DNA from: Setoptus koraiensis
Lineage: Eukaryota > Animalia > Arthropoda
NCBI GenBank assembly: GCA_048013815.1
Contig: CM106585.1
Location: forward strand, 10,354,001-10,418,000
Direction of reading: 5' to 3'
Length of the DNA: 64,000 nucleotides
The notes under the pieces were generated by a model. That model saw nothing but the letters and a program-made list of their open reading frames with translations, was not told the DNA's origin and searched no databases. The position numbers and the translations under genes are program-made. This document shows, one piece after another, positions 26,340 through 39,950 of this stretch. Each line of letters starts with the position of its first letter. The stretch's first letter is position 1.

Positions 26340-29300
26340 GCAGTGCGTCAACTGGCTCTTTCTGGCCAATTGTCGAGCGCGAATATCGCCAGCACGATGA
26401 ATTGCGGCATAAATATTGCGGCCGCCAACGGAAATGTCGCTCTCATTAGGGGGCCCCAATGCGGGCTTGACGCCCCAGTGTCAGCATGGCGCGTTTGTTC
26501 GTAGAATTGACGAATCCAAGCATGTCCAAAGTGGCCGCCGAGCGAGTTACCTGTTTGTGGGTTGATAAGTTGAGAGCGAACTCGAGAAGCTTTAAACTTT
26601 GGGGCCGCGATTGGGGTGAATGAGGGGCAAATGTCGCAATTAAATGTCATACATAACACGAGTTGGCCAATGTTAGAGCCAATGTTGCACTGCGCAAGCG
26701 AAGGGATAAAAGTGGCGATTTACAATCATGGTGCCTAGGTTGCTTTTTGTGCCCGTTGTGCCCGAATTAAGATTCGCTGCGCTTCGAACTCGGCTGCTCG
26801 GCTGTTGGCCGGGCCCCATGAACGGGCCACTATGCAAATTAGACAAAGCGAGCCAGCGCGAGTCGGCGGGCCCCAAATTGGGTTCTCAGAGATGATGAGA
26901 GTTTTTTGATCGCGTAGTATTAAGTTGGACGAGATGTGGTGCACACGTGCAAACTGTCATTGAGTGGCGCTTCTTCTAACGATATACGTAATAATGTCAT
27001 TATAATATAATAATAATGTGCTCTCTCTCGCTGCTTCGAAGCTTCTTGTCGGGACAATTGCGCTGGCTGTTCGCACGCATTCACCCACTCGGCGGGGTAT
27101 TTGGCGCTGCTGGTGGGACTGTTCGGAATGTTTGTATGTTCATCATGTGTATCATGTCGTGCCATGTCGTGCCATGTCGTGCCATGTCGTGTCGTTTAGA
27201 TGAACACAGCGCCAGCGACAGAATGTCGGAGAGAAGCGAGAGTGCCAATCAAAAGAACTGCTTCCAATTCAAAGAAGCTGCTCGCTGCTTTCGGATTGCA
27301 AATTTCAAATTTGCAAATGCACTCCCTCTCCTTTCATTTAATTTTTACTTTCATTTTCATTTTCATAAATATCGCTGCCTCGCGCCACTGTCTATCCATG
27401 TGGCGGCGCTAGTCGCTCCACTTATTATTTCCTCTGCCGTCTGTCTATTTCTTTTCTTTTGCCCATGCCAATTTCGAGCGAGCGCATTTCAATTGTATTG
27501 AGATGCCAACTAGCGAAAACTAAACTTTGCCATTATGACTAGACACTGGCAAACGGCAAACGGCAAACGACGAGCAAAACGACGAGCAAAACGACGAGCA
27601 AAACAACTCGCAGCCGGCAGCCGGCAGCGGCAGCGGTGCGCAAATTGTGTAGAATGCAAAATGTAAACACCTCTGCCGAACAGCTCAACAATCGGCTGCG
27701 AAGCCCCCGTTTGTGTCGCTCAATGGGGCCCCGAGCTGTGTCTGAATTCTGCGCGCTGCCACACTCTTGGCCGGGCGTCTTGACGGTGCGGCGTTGACAC
27801 GAGCTGTTGCGAGTGCCGGGCCCCGCTCATAGGTGGCGCGCCGACACAATAACACGGTGCGCATAGCTGATATTGCGAGCTGATGCGACGCTACTCACGC
27901 AAATTGGCGCAAATGGCGCCAAGATGCGGCCGCGTCGCCAAGCTCCGATAGCTCGAGCTCTCATTTGGCAATCATGTGACATTTTCACATCATGTGACAC
28001 ATTTATTTTTGCAATGTCGCTGCAATTTTTATCGTGGCTCAAAATCGCCGGCTGGCTCGCTGGTGTGATTACGTTGACTGTTGACTGGCTCAACGGGCTG
28101 TCAACAGAGCTGCCGGGTATCACATGTGCCGCCAGTCAAACTTGCCTGTCAGCCGGCCGGGCCGACGACTACCGCGCGGGCCCCAATCAGCTCCCCGGCG
28201 CGCTGATTGGGCCCGTGCGAGCTGCTGCTGGCACTGCGCTCGGGCACCGCTGGCTGTCGGCTGCCTGATCGGATATTCGCAAATCGCAAATCGCAAATCG
28301 CGGATCGCAAATCGCGGATCGGTTAGTGGCGAGTGTGTGCGCCAACTTGCAACAGATTTGACAACTCAGGTGAAAGATGAAAAGCGCCAACAATGGCAAC
28401 GGCGACGCGATGCATGAGCAAACAAGCGAAAACACCAAAAGCCAATCAAGTTGGTGCCAGCGCCAGCGCCAAACACAACGGCCAACAAACAAACAAACAA
28501 ACCGGGCCCACTCTCCGGCAATTTAAACTGCAAACTGCAAACCGGCGACTACCCACTGCCGACTGCGAACGGCAAACTCCAAAATTGCAACTCGCAAACA
28601 ACCGCTGGCGTGCAAAACAATGGCCACTTTGCATACAATTGTGTGCAACGTTGCAACGATTCATAATTGAATCCAACGGGGCCAGCAGCCTTCATTACGG
28701 GCCCGGCCAGCGGGCCGATCGATGCCGTTCGGGCGCCAACTTTCGCCGCTCCAACGGCCAATCGTTGGCCGTCGGGCCACCGGCAGCCGGATAATAAACG
28801 GCGCTCCTCTAACAAATTCTCTCGTTTCTGCTCTCGCAATTTCGCTCGCCACTGGCCACTGGCCACAACAAACCAACCAACGACGCTCCAGCCGACAACG
28901 AGAATTCTCTGCTCGAGCGAGCTCGCCCGGCTCGCAATTTCTCGCGGGCCATTTTTGCCCGTTCGAGCCCGACATTGTGGAAATTGTCCGCGGACTGCCC
29001 CGCGGATCGGTTGCATTTGCCCCGTGAACGTGTCCGAACGCCCAATGCCCGATCGCCGAATGCCCAGACGCGGCCGAACGGGTTATGCGGAATGCGCACC
29101 GAAACAAAACCGGACAAACGGGAGGCCGGCCGGCCGCAAAAATGATTCAATGACCGAGGGGCGTCTTGTCGGCTGCTGTGTCGGGCATTACAGGCCGTCA
29201 ATGGCCGCTGTGGGCGTCATGGTCGCTAGAACTGGCCGCCATGACACGCTACGATATTGGCCGTTATCACGCTGGCCGTGGTCATGTTGGCCGCCGGACG

Positions 29301-31786
29301 ACGGGCCGGACAACGGGAGCGCTCATTCAAATGTGTGCCGGTATTTGCGCGGCCGACGTTGTGGCGAGTTGGTCGCGCTAATTATCGCCGGCCCGTTCTC
29401 CACGGCTCATCATGCCGGCCCGACCTGATCCAGTTGCGGGCTGCATTGCAAATTGCAATCAATGGATGCGGTTTGCGGTTTGTGGCCGCGCGCGTACCCG
29501 TACGAAGCCAGCAAGAAGCCAGCAAAGAACGCGCGTGCAAGCTGTACAACAACAGCAACAACAACAACAACAAGTAGTATGGCAACAATGTCAGCGCCAT
29601 GTAGAGCAGAACAATATGAATGCGAGCGAGAATTATTTGCAAAGAACGCGTCGCAAATAATTGTGAGAGAGCCAACCAGCGAAGCACTAATTCTCGCCTC
29701 GAACCTCGAACCTCGAAGCGAGCAACTGAGTTGTGTTCTGTTGGGTTGTGTGTGAGGCTCGAATTAGCGAGTCGCAGGAATGATAGATCGTGGTGAGTGG
29801 CAGCGCTAAACAATGGGCCACAGAGTTAAAAAGAGCAAGACAATACGTTCTCTGCTGGCCAGTTTGTCCCCTGTCGGCCAACCCAAGTTGCAATTTACCT
29901 GTCGAACACACACACCAGTTGGCTAGTGTTCTGTTGGGAATGCTGCGCCATCGTGCGAGTGTGTCAAATTAGCGCCACAGCGTCTGCCTCGGCCGTTGCC
30001 AGACTGGGCCGTTGCCAGAGGATCCTTTGTTGGTCGCAGCGAGTTCACGCTGATCGGCGTCGTCGATTTTTTATTCCATCTCTCATTGTCTCTGTCTCTC
30101 TGTCGGGCCACGGCCGAACACGCTCCACCGGGGCTTCGACGAGCGTTCGAGAATTCGCCAGTGCCAGTGAGAGTCCGCGAGCCCGCGAGTCCGAGAATTA
30201 ACTCTCAACTTTTTGAACTCTTCATTGCAGGGGCGACTTGTGGCTGCTGCTGCGAGCGCATTCTTCGCGCTGTCCAGAATTGACTCTGAGCGTTCGATTG
30301 GCCCGTTCTTTGTTTATTTTGCTGTTTACCGTGTTGCTGGTTCGCTCATTCACTACAGCGCACTATACTGTAAATTGAGCCACGCCAACCTTTTCAGCCA
30401 GCCCAAATTGACTCTCACGCGCGCACCAGCATCGTTAATTATTTATCGCTGTTCTTTCGCTCGATTCTTTCACTTAATTCTTTCGTGCTGCTGTGGCTGT
30501 CGAAGCAGCGTCGTTGAATCAAAACCCGAAATGAAGCAGAATGAGAAATAAGAATGAAAGTTAATATTAAAATCGAAAGCCACAGCCACTCCCGTCCCGT
30601 ACGCCGGCCTGTTGTATCCCAGTCTGCAACTATTCACTGAAAACATAACAATATCACTCTGTCTGTCGCTGTCATTTTTGGCCAACTCGCAACCAGAAAC
30701 TGGGCCGAAATTTCGCCAAAGTGGCCCACTTTCTACTTCTGTCACTCGCACACTATTTTTTACTATTTTGGTTTCACTATTTTTCACTGTTCTTTACTAT
30801 TTGTGTCAGTTGTCCGGCGCCCGTGTCGCCAGTTCCAGCACGCACAAAATCCCAATTAGCATGCGATCACAAGCCGAGGCCCTCCGACTGTCGAAGCACC
30901 CCGACAATGCACCCAGTGAGTGCGCCACTCGCTGCTAGATGGCGCCCCGTAACCTTGCCCAACTAGCCACTTTTTTCTGGCCTCTTCTTTTTTTTTCTTT
31001 TTCTTTCTCTCTCTCTCTTTCTTTCTTTTTATTTTTCTTTTTCTTTTCTACTCCCTGGTGTCTCGTCGCGCAGCGCCATTACGCAATCTAGCGAACAACA
31101 ACAACAACAACTCTCTCAATATACGTTTTTGGCACACTTTTTTATATCTTGTAGCGTCGGTTTGTCGGCGCACTAATTTGTGCAAATTCCTTGCCCGCCA
31201 CTTGGCCGAACAATTTCTGTTCGACGAATAGGCGAATAGGGGGCCGAGTAGATGTTGGCCCGAACGATTCCGGCAATTCCGCTACTCCGTTGTGGCTGAC
31301 ATTGGGCGCACAACAATACCCCAGTGGGGTAGCGCAGTTGTTGCGGGGTATCAAATTGGGGCGCTGGCACAGTCGGTCACAGGGTAGTAATTATGCTACC
31401 CTGTGATTGGCAAACCCAAACCCGAGCCTGAGCCCGAAACGCCCCAGTAGTTGCGTATTGTGCCATGACGCCATCACCGTTGATTGGCATGGATGCCAAT
31501 CAAGGGATCACACTGGCAAAGAGCACGCGCCCACCTTTCACCTGCTCCACTCCCCGGTTATTATTGGATGGCGCTGTTGTAATTATTATTTTTCTTGGGA
31601 TTATTATGTTTCTCGAAGAATTTTAAAGCCTCACAGCGCCAGCCTTCGTTTGTGCGTTCAATTCGAGTCACATTCGGTTTAATTTGCTCTAGTATTTGGT
31701 CTAGTTTCCTCTTTTGTCGCCCCATACTATGGACGCCATAGGCCCGATACGATGGGCCGAACAGCTGACCCGAATGGCACCAAATC

Positions 31787-31825
31787 GGCCTAAATGCGCC
31801 GTCGTCTAGGCGGCGCATTTAGGCC
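31787..31825. repeat. Perfect 15-bp inverted repeat with 9-nt loop
   Basis: GGCCTAAATGCGCCG-TCGTCTAGG-CGGCGCATTTAGGCC. Confidence 0.95.
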
Positions 31826-33148
31826 ATTTAGGAGTGCGCGAAATTAATTAGTGGTGCCATTCGACATTCGATAATAACAATGCAATCAATAGTGCCTCTA
31901 TCATCGGCCAGCCGAACCATGTTAGTTTGGGTTAGTTGCTTTTGGGGCGTGTGTGGCTCACAATTTGGCTCAATGGATCATGATGAGCCAATGGGGGCAT
32001 ATAGGTCTGGGAAAATCATGATATCACGCCGGCTGCAGAGTATTGCATGTTTGGTAATAATAATCATAATTGATAGTTTGGCAATAATTTTTTAAATTCA
32101 AACTGGATATAATAGAGCCAAACTGACAACAAACCGAACGCTGCGCTGTGGGCTTATTTAATGGGCGACACACAAATTATATCTTATCTTATTGTTGTTT
32201 GTCTTTTCTTTTTGTTGGCCTGTCGTTTGGCTGTCTTTTGATTAGATGAGTGATTGCATAAACTATTAATTATTGTGTCACACTTTTTACCTTCTCTCGC
32301 GACGGCGTTCTATTCAATTGGCCGGCTCCATTCTTCTCTCTCTCTCTCCGCAACAAATAATGATAAAAATGATTCGTCGGTTAAGATGCGAGACGCAGCC
32401 CGCTCAATTCCTAGTTCGAGATTCGCAATGCGAAATTGCAAATTCGCTCAAAGTTTAAGTTGCGCCTTTTCAGCCTTTTCGAAACTGGAAGCGGCCAGCT
32501 AGGCTGAGAATTCGCCATTTCGATACAAATTCGCATTCGAGAACAACTGCATCATCGCCGTTTTAAGTGGTGTAACTTACACACAGTGCAATAAAGGTAT
32601 AATTGCCAGTCGGGCATGTTGCTCACCTGTACACACTGCGCAACATTGGTAATTGTTTGATGGACGCAATTCAGTGATACGACGGGCGTAGTCTAATTGC
32701 AAACAAGCGCATATAAACAGTGTGTGTAACATCAACATCACGCCAAACTCAAACTCAAATTCAAATAGTTTTGTCTCTGGTTGCCAAGCAAATTCAGGTG
32801 AGATACAAAAACTCATGCCATGCACCAGTGACAATGGCATAACATGTTAGTTATGCTGTCGACGGCTCAGCTAATTGCTGATTGGCCCCAAACAGCCGAG
32901 GGAACGCAGTCGACCATCGTCAGCGACTATCGGTTCGCACGTCAATCAATTGGCCGGTGACGCTCGACAAGAAACAATTTCCAATTTTTTTCCCAATTTT
33001 CAATTGATTGCATTCGAATCGCAAGACTGCATGCCAATCGAGCCTGCGTCGGGCCTTGTTCAGTCGGCGTTGTGCGAACGTTCGCCGATTGTCGCTGCCC
33101 GTGGCCCAGTCGGCCCCATGCGAGCCCATCGGGGCCCAGAGGCGCCAA

Positions 33149-33256
33149 TTTTGAAATTTTGAAATTTTGAAGTTTTGAAATTCCGAAACTCCGAAACTCC
33201 GAAACTCCGAAACTCCGAAACTCCGAAACTCCGAAACTCCGAAACTCCGAAGCTCC
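33149..33256. repeat. 8-bp array, TTTTGAAA x4 grading into CTCCGAAA x7
   Basis: Direct inspection. Confidence 0.95.
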
Positions 33257-33653
33257 GGTTTTCCGAAAGCCGCCAACAGTGAATGGGCAACTGGAGAGAG
33301 TCGCCTGCTTAGACGGGCCGCTTGGCAAGCGCAACAAAGGATGCTCGCAGCGAACGAAAAGAAGAATTGCCGGCACTAAATCACTGCTTGCTGCCGGGTT
33401 TTTGAGCCATCAAATATCGGCAGTAATGTAGCCTATTAGCCAAATATATTGAGTAGCATGGGCGCTCAATTGTGGCAACAATCGACGGTGGCGAACGCTC
33501 TTAAATAGGCAGCCAGCCAACAATGAGGCAACTACTTGAATTTGGCACCAGCGAGTTTTGTGAGCGCCCGCTGACAAAAACAACTAGCCGATTAACTGTC
33601 ACTGGCGACGTTGTTGTCGGCGCTGTTGTGCCACTGGCTCGGCCCCCAACGAC

Positions 33654-33687
33654 GGGCCCCTTCTGTGTGGCCCACAGAAAGGGGCCC
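33654..33687. repeat. 14-bp hairpin with one bulge, both arms ending in GGGCCC
   Basis: GGGCCCCTTCTGTG-TGGCC-CACAGAAAGGGGCCC. Confidence 0.85.
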
Positions 33688-33942
33688 ACACAATGAGCGC
33701 CCGTTCTTTCCGCTCGTGTCGCTTCTTTTGTGCCTAAACAAACAGACCGGCAGACAGACAGACAGCTTTGGCTGGCAATTTCTCTCTATTTTCTCTATTT
33801 CAAATTGCGAGCCAGCGACTTGGCTTGCACCGTTGCGCAATGCACGCGCGTTAATTGCGGCCTAACTAGCGCCCCAGCAGCTCGCACCATTGTGCGTCTA
33901 TCTTTATCTTATGGGTTCCTTTCCGTTTTTTGCCCGTTTTTT

Positions 33943-34035
33943 GCTCGTTCTCGGCCCGCTCTGTCGCTCGTTCTCGGCCCGCTCTGTCGCTCGTTCTCGG
34001 CCCGCTCTGTCGCTCGTTCTCGGCCCGGCTCTGTC
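33943..34035. repeat. 23-bp minisatellite (GCTCGTTCTCGGCCCGCTCTGTC) x4
   Basis: Three identical units and one with a 1-nt insertion. Confidence 0.95.
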
Positions 34036-34621
34036 GCGGGTGTCGACGAATTTAACAGTTGTTGAAAAGTTTAAGCTCGCCCGGTTCGGGCGCACAAAGG
34101 GCAGCGCTCGTTTCGTTTGCCAGCGCCGGCTCTAATCGCCTATAAACCTAATTGGTTTTGTTTGCGTAACGAGGCCCGGCGCCTCGTGGCCCCACTAAAC
34201 GGTCTGCTTATGCGCCCCGTCTAAATACCCGCCTGGGCTAATGGGCCCGTTGGCTGGCGAGCCCGGCGCCCACGGGCCAAGTCGCAAGTCGCCTGGCAAG
34301 TGCACAGTGGGCCCCAATCGGTGCAAAAACACGCGCTGCTTTGTCATTGGCAGCGCGCATACCTGGCCAACGGCGCAAACGCTGGCAGCCAGCTGGCGAA
34401 CGCGCCAGAGATGATTCTTTGGCAAGCTAATGTGAGAGCGAGCGAGAGATTCTTTAATAGACAGCGCGCGAGGAAAAACTTTTTAAATTAGAGCGGCTCC
34501 AATTTTATCCAGTGCGCCAGTGTGACTGGCTCGCGTTAGAGTGTGCGCCCCCAAAAGAATGACTCAACAGCGACAGCCAGCAATTGGTGCTAACTGCCTA
34601 CTCGCGAGCCGGCCCCACACA

Positions 34622-34623
<2 letters not shown>

Positions 34624-34682
<59 letters not shown>
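34624..34682. repeat. (CA)n microsatellite, ~29 units
   Basis: Longest CA tract; others at 14125-14159 and 63663-63709. Confidence 0.97.
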
Positions 34683-34683
<1 letters not shown>

Positions 34684-35339
34684 GACACACACACGCACGC
34701 ACAAGGGGCCCCAGAGGAGGAAAATTAAGAATCTTTAGTTTAATTTAAAAAGAAAGCCAACAACAACGGCAACGGCTAACTACATTAGTGGCGCCGCTGA
34801 GCCGCTATATTTAATCGCGCTGGCGCGCGCGCGCGCCTTGTGGCGCCCCAGTCGCCCCATTTTGCTGCCGGTGCCGGCGCGCAGGCAACTTGGTGCGCCA
34901 ATTTGCTTGATGGCGCAATCAAGTGCGAAGCACCTTCAACTCCATTGAACGTGTGTGTGTGTGGGGCCCGTTCCCCTGCCAAGTTGGCGCGCTTAAGAGA
35001 CAGATAGGGAATTAAGAAAGAGAGGAAAGAAGTTGGAAAGTAACGGAAATTAAATTGCAAAATGAGACACACACAGAGTGATTGTGCGACCAAAGCAACG
35101 GCATCGCAACAACCATTAAAGTAGCAGTTGCCGGGGCCCCCACCCCCATTCGGCCTGCTGGACCGTTACGCGCCATAGCGGGCGAGGGGGCCGAAATTAG
35201 AGTGAGATTGACTTCATTAAAGTTATTAGTTATACGTCTGTCTGTTGGCGAGGGGGGACGCGCGCGCGTGTCTAACAACGCCCGCTCGGCGCTCTTAATT
35301 GGCCCGCGTTGGCGCCCCAATTTGTTTTGTTTCGGCCTG

Positions 35340-35353
35340 CCAGCAGGGGGCGC
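35340..35353 (+). promoter_or_regulatory. CTCF-consensus site
   Basis: CCAGCAGGGGGCGC, 14/14 to CCRSYAGRKGGCRS. Confidence 0.55.
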
Positions 35354-35469
35354 TCACTGGCCCGAGCAACGCAAAACAACCAAAATGCATAACCGCCACC
35401 AGTCAATTAACTAATCCAATCTAATCTAGCCGCACCATCTCTAATTAGCTTGCTTGTCTTGTTCGTGTC

Positions 35470-35589
35470 GTTGTCGCTGTCGTCGCTGTTGTCGCTGTTG
35501 TCGCTGTTGTCGCTGTTGTCGCTGTTGTCGCTGTTGTCGCTGTTGTCGCTGTTGTCGCTGTTGTCGCTGTTGTCGCTGTTGTTGTCGCT
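35470..35589. repeat. 9-bp array (GTTGTCGCT)n, 10 consecutive perfect units
   Basis: Perfect run 35488-35577. Confidence 0.97.
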
Positions 35590-35814
35590 GTTGTTGTCGT
35601 TGTCGTTGTGGCCGCTGTTGTGGCTGCTGTTGCAAGTTGCAACGCTAATTGTCTGCGTGTTGTCGCCCGCTAATTGAGTGTGCCGCAATGACAACTTAAT
35701 TGCGGTCTCTTAGGTTGCTGTCACGTGCGCGTAACACGCTGCTGGTAACACCCAATTGGCGCTGTTAGTATGCTAATTATGTCGCCACTAATTACTGCCA
35801 CTTGTCGAAGAATT

Positions 35815-35828
35815 CCGGCAGATGGCGC
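35815..35828 (+). promoter_or_regulatory. CTCF-consensus site
   Basis: CCGGCAGATGGCGC, 14/14; a 13/14 site CCGCTAGGTGGCTG follows at 36135-36148. Confidence 0.5.
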
Positions 35829-38800
35829 CACTGGCATGTTTGTTATTATCCGTTATCCGTTATGCGTTACGCGTTATCCGTTATTTGTTATTTGTTATCC
35901 GTTGGTTGGCTGGTTGTTGGTATTGTTGTTATTATTATTATTATTATATATTCAGTGAAAACTGCTCTTCAAAACAAACACAAGCCTGTTTGTTTTGTTC
36001 TGTCTAGACAGATACATTAAGAACTCGAAAAGTAGCGCCAGCTGACTGAGTGTGCAACAAACCTGCTGGCGAACAAACCGGAGAACTGACTCAACAACAA
36101 GACAGGTAACGGTCGCCGGGCGAGCTAATCAACGCCGCTAGGTGGCTGCTGTCAGTGGTGTGGAGCGGCTCATTGACACATGCTGTTGTTCATGAATAAA
36201 TGATGACTGTTGTTTTCATCTCAATGGCAACAACCAAATAAAATACATTCGTGACACACACATTAGATGATGATAGCGAGCTCGGGCAAGCAATCATGGC
36301 GCCCACATTGTGCCTAGCGACTTTAATTTTCTTTCGCCAGACAAGTAATGACAACAACGATGCAATAAACTCAAAAGTGTCTCTATATAAAGTTTTCATT
36401 ATTGTTGCTTCATCCAGTCGTTGGCCACAGCAGCTCAACTGTCGCCAAACATGGACTCTTTCTGGAAAGTACTCGCCATGTTTTGTTTGCCCCAGTGGCG
36501 GACAATAATTGAACTACACACATTGAAGCATTGAATCATCATGCTATCAAGCCAATTATCGCCCCCGCCGGCACATAGTCAGCCAGCCAGCCAGACAGTG
36601 GGCCAGCCAGACAGTGGGCCAGCCGAGTGACGTAACGAGCGAATATAATAATGAATATTGGCGCACTGGCAGCTGAAGAAATTTACAGTTAAAGAAAAGC
36701 AATTTAGCCAATTGTCACAGCGACGTGTATTAGTGGCAGCACCTTTTTTGCCGTTATGTCGCGTTACATGCGCGCCCTTACATAAGTGTCGTTATTGTCG
36801 TGGTCGTTTGGTTTGCATGGGCCAGCCGCTCACGAACCACGACAGCAGCAGCAACAGCAGCAGCAACAAAAAAGAATTCTCGTTAATAGTTTATTAACCA
36901 CGACATGATATGAGCCTGCTTATTCAAACAGTGGCAAAAGGTGGAAAAAATGGTCTAATTCAATAAGTGCTCACTGTAGCCGAACACAAACTCGGCAGCG
37001 GCCTCCATTATGCCATTGCAAAATGAATTATATATGACTTTTATTGGGTGCGCCGCTTGTCAACATGACACAGCTGACAGAATAAATAGATAAAAAGTAT
37101 AAATAAAATAAAATAAAACGAAACGAAATGAAAATAAATGAATAAACAAAACAAGCCAGCAGATGATGGAAACGCCGTGGCAACCAGTTTCGTGTTGATT
37201 AGTAATGAGCTTTTGTGTCATTAGTGGCGCAACCGGGCCCAGGGTGCCATACGCGACGAGTTTGTTTGTGTCACAAACACACGAAGTTGGAGTGGGGGCT
37301 CCTGCACGCGCTCTGCACCTACGACGACACCAGCAACCGCGACAACAACCGCCACAACAACCGCGACAACAACCGCGACCACAACAACCACACAACAACC
37401 GCACAACAACCACACAACCACCACACAACCACCACACAACCACCACACAACCACCACACAACCACCAAACGGTATCAGTCGAATGAGTGGGGCCAAGTTA
37501 TGAATAAACACGCACACGCCGTGTTGTGATAGTAACGACAACTTGTGGCCAGCTACAGTTGCTATTAATTGTAACGGGCTGCCTGCTTCTTTTTCGTTTG
37601 TCTGGCGAGCGCACCCAATCGAAAACAACAATGCCAGACGGGGCCTCAATTAGTGTGCTGCGTTTGAGCAACAGCAGCTCTCACTGGGCTTACTGGGGCT
37701 CGTTGTGGTGCGTGTGTAACCAATTAAAAAGAATTGCCTCACTAATTTGCGTTGCCATGTAATGACTTAATACAGCCACCATTACACCGCCGCCACCCGC
37801 CACCCGCTGCACGATGCGAACGCGGCCCCCATCGTGTGCCGTCGCCCCTATGGCTCGTTTTATTCGAGCTAATTAATTGTTGTGAATTGTTTGTCTGGCT
37901 ACCAGTGAATTGTTTGCCGCAACAACAACAACAACAACAACTACGACAACGGCAACCACAACAACGGCAACCACAACTAACCGCATCATGTTTATCACAA
38001 TGTGGCGCCATTAACGTTATGGGCCGCTTATTAAGCCGTGCACAAACTGCACATTACGTAATATATGTAACGAGCACATTATGCAAAGTTGCCCTGTCGG
38101 GGCGCCATTGGGGCCCAGTGTCGCGCCGACAATGCGATATTGAGTGAGCGAGCCAATTGACGCGCGCCCATCAATGTGCCGCTTGCGCAAATAAAAACTG
38201 CGCCCTAACGGCACGCTAATGGTCCGGCGATTAATCAAATGGGCCATGTTTAATTAGGTGCGCTCCACAGTGTCGCCTAACTCGGCTCATATGGCACCCG
38301 CCTATTACATTGTAAATGATACTGCTGCTGCTGCTGCTGATATACATATAAATATACGTAAATCAGCAGCCGCTATTTAATGAAACAGTGCAAATGGTGG
38401 CACCAGCTTGCCAGCCGGCCTACGTCAATTGTCAATTACGCAATAATTGCCTACTTGCGGTATGAATCGCCGCCTATCGGGCACCGCACACAAAAACAAC
38501 ACGTAGGCGCGGCTCCCTCATGACGCTCGCTCCATACCGGTGCGTTGGTTTATATTGTTGAAATTGAATGCACTGACAATTGTGAGTCCAATGAAACGAA
38601 TATCTCCTCGAATCGGCCAATAGCAAAACTGGCGCAAAAGCTGTCGCAAATCATGATTAAGACAAAAGAAAACAATCAAGACGAGCGAGTGTCGTTTGTG
38701 TCAATCAGAGGCAGCAAAGACGCCAAATATCAGACAGCGATGCTCGATAATTGGCGTCTCGAGACCCAATTCAATTGGCAGGCCCACTATTACAATCAAA

Positions 38801-39875
38801 CTGAGCATTCGCATACTAATTCGTGTCTATTCAGACACGAATCGGACAGTTTGTTTCAGGTGACGTTTGCAGGTTGTTGGAGTGGCTTGCAAATGACGAC
38901 CATCGATTGTCGAGTTGAGTCGATTGAGTGGATGCAAAAAGAGGCTGCATCGAACTGGCTATAACTGCCTGTAAGCTGCATATTATTGGAATTGGTGTAA
39001 TACGACCGAGTGGAAACGAGACGAAAAGAACCGAACAGAGCAGAGCAGAGCAGAGAAGAGACAAGAAAAGAAGCGAAATGAATTGAATTGAATCTGGCAT
39101 TAATTCAATGACATTGCGCTTAGCATATGCGAACGTCGTTGTCGCCACTAACACTTGGCTGTTACCTGTTATGTGTCTCACATACTGTACTAGTCATAAT
39201 AGGCATTTGTACATGTTACATAATACGCAGCTATCTCTGGTCTATAAGCCATGCGATGTCATGTTATGTAATAGGCGATAATGTTACAGGTGTGGTTGAC
39301 AAATTATAGCTTATAGTGAGTGAGATTATTACATGTATAATTAGACGATTGTTCTCTTGTGGCGTGTGTGCGTTTTTTGCGCACAACAACTGTCGCAGCG
39401 GCGACACTTTCAAAACATTTAAATCAAGTCTCGGCTCGGATGAAATGAGCAATTTATTATCTGCAACGGTTGATCCGTTTTGTTTTGTTCTCTGGCTGCT
39501 CGCTGTTGTCCGCTTCCATCTGTGTATCTGTGCTGCCACTCGATCCCGTTCGATCCCGTTCAATCCGATCCGATCCATCTGATCCGGCCCGATGCGATCC
39601 ATCTGATCCGGCCCGATGCGATGCAATTGGCGCCGCTCGCATGGCCCGCTTATCCGCCGTCGATCTGATCTCTTTCCATTTGATCTAATCTCCTTGCCAA
39701 GTGTGATATTATTCAATTCGATATCGCGCCGATGCAAGGCCACTGCCAGATTGGCGCTGCACATCGAGTTCGGCGCTCGGTTTGTTGCATTTGATTTTAA
39801 TTCTGGTTTTAATTTTAATTTCAGCCGGCTGCCCGTTGATGGCTTTATCGGCGCGCCAATCTGCCACAGGCACTC

Positions 39876-39950
39876 GCCGACTTTGCCGCGGCCGACTTTG
39901 CCGCGGCCGAGTTTGCCGCGGCCGAGTTTGCCGCGGCTGACTTTGCCGAG
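39876..39950. repeat. 15-bp minisatellite (GCCGASTTTGCCGCG) x5
   Basis: Direct inspection. Confidence 0.9.

Noticed and set aside
28667-29428. 253-aa ORF on + strand
   Set aside because: No recognisable domain; R/P/A/G-rich composition with overlapping ORFs in several frames, typical of stop-poor GC-rich non-coding DNA
33943-34035. Regular 16-26-bp repeats (also 26252, 43040, 46268, 53749) as CRISPR-like arrays
   Set aside because: Head-to-tail units without unique spacers, no cas genes, eukaryotic context
36078-36090. CGGAGAACTGA partial match to miR-184
   Set aside because: Only 11 nt match, seed end differs, no hairpin
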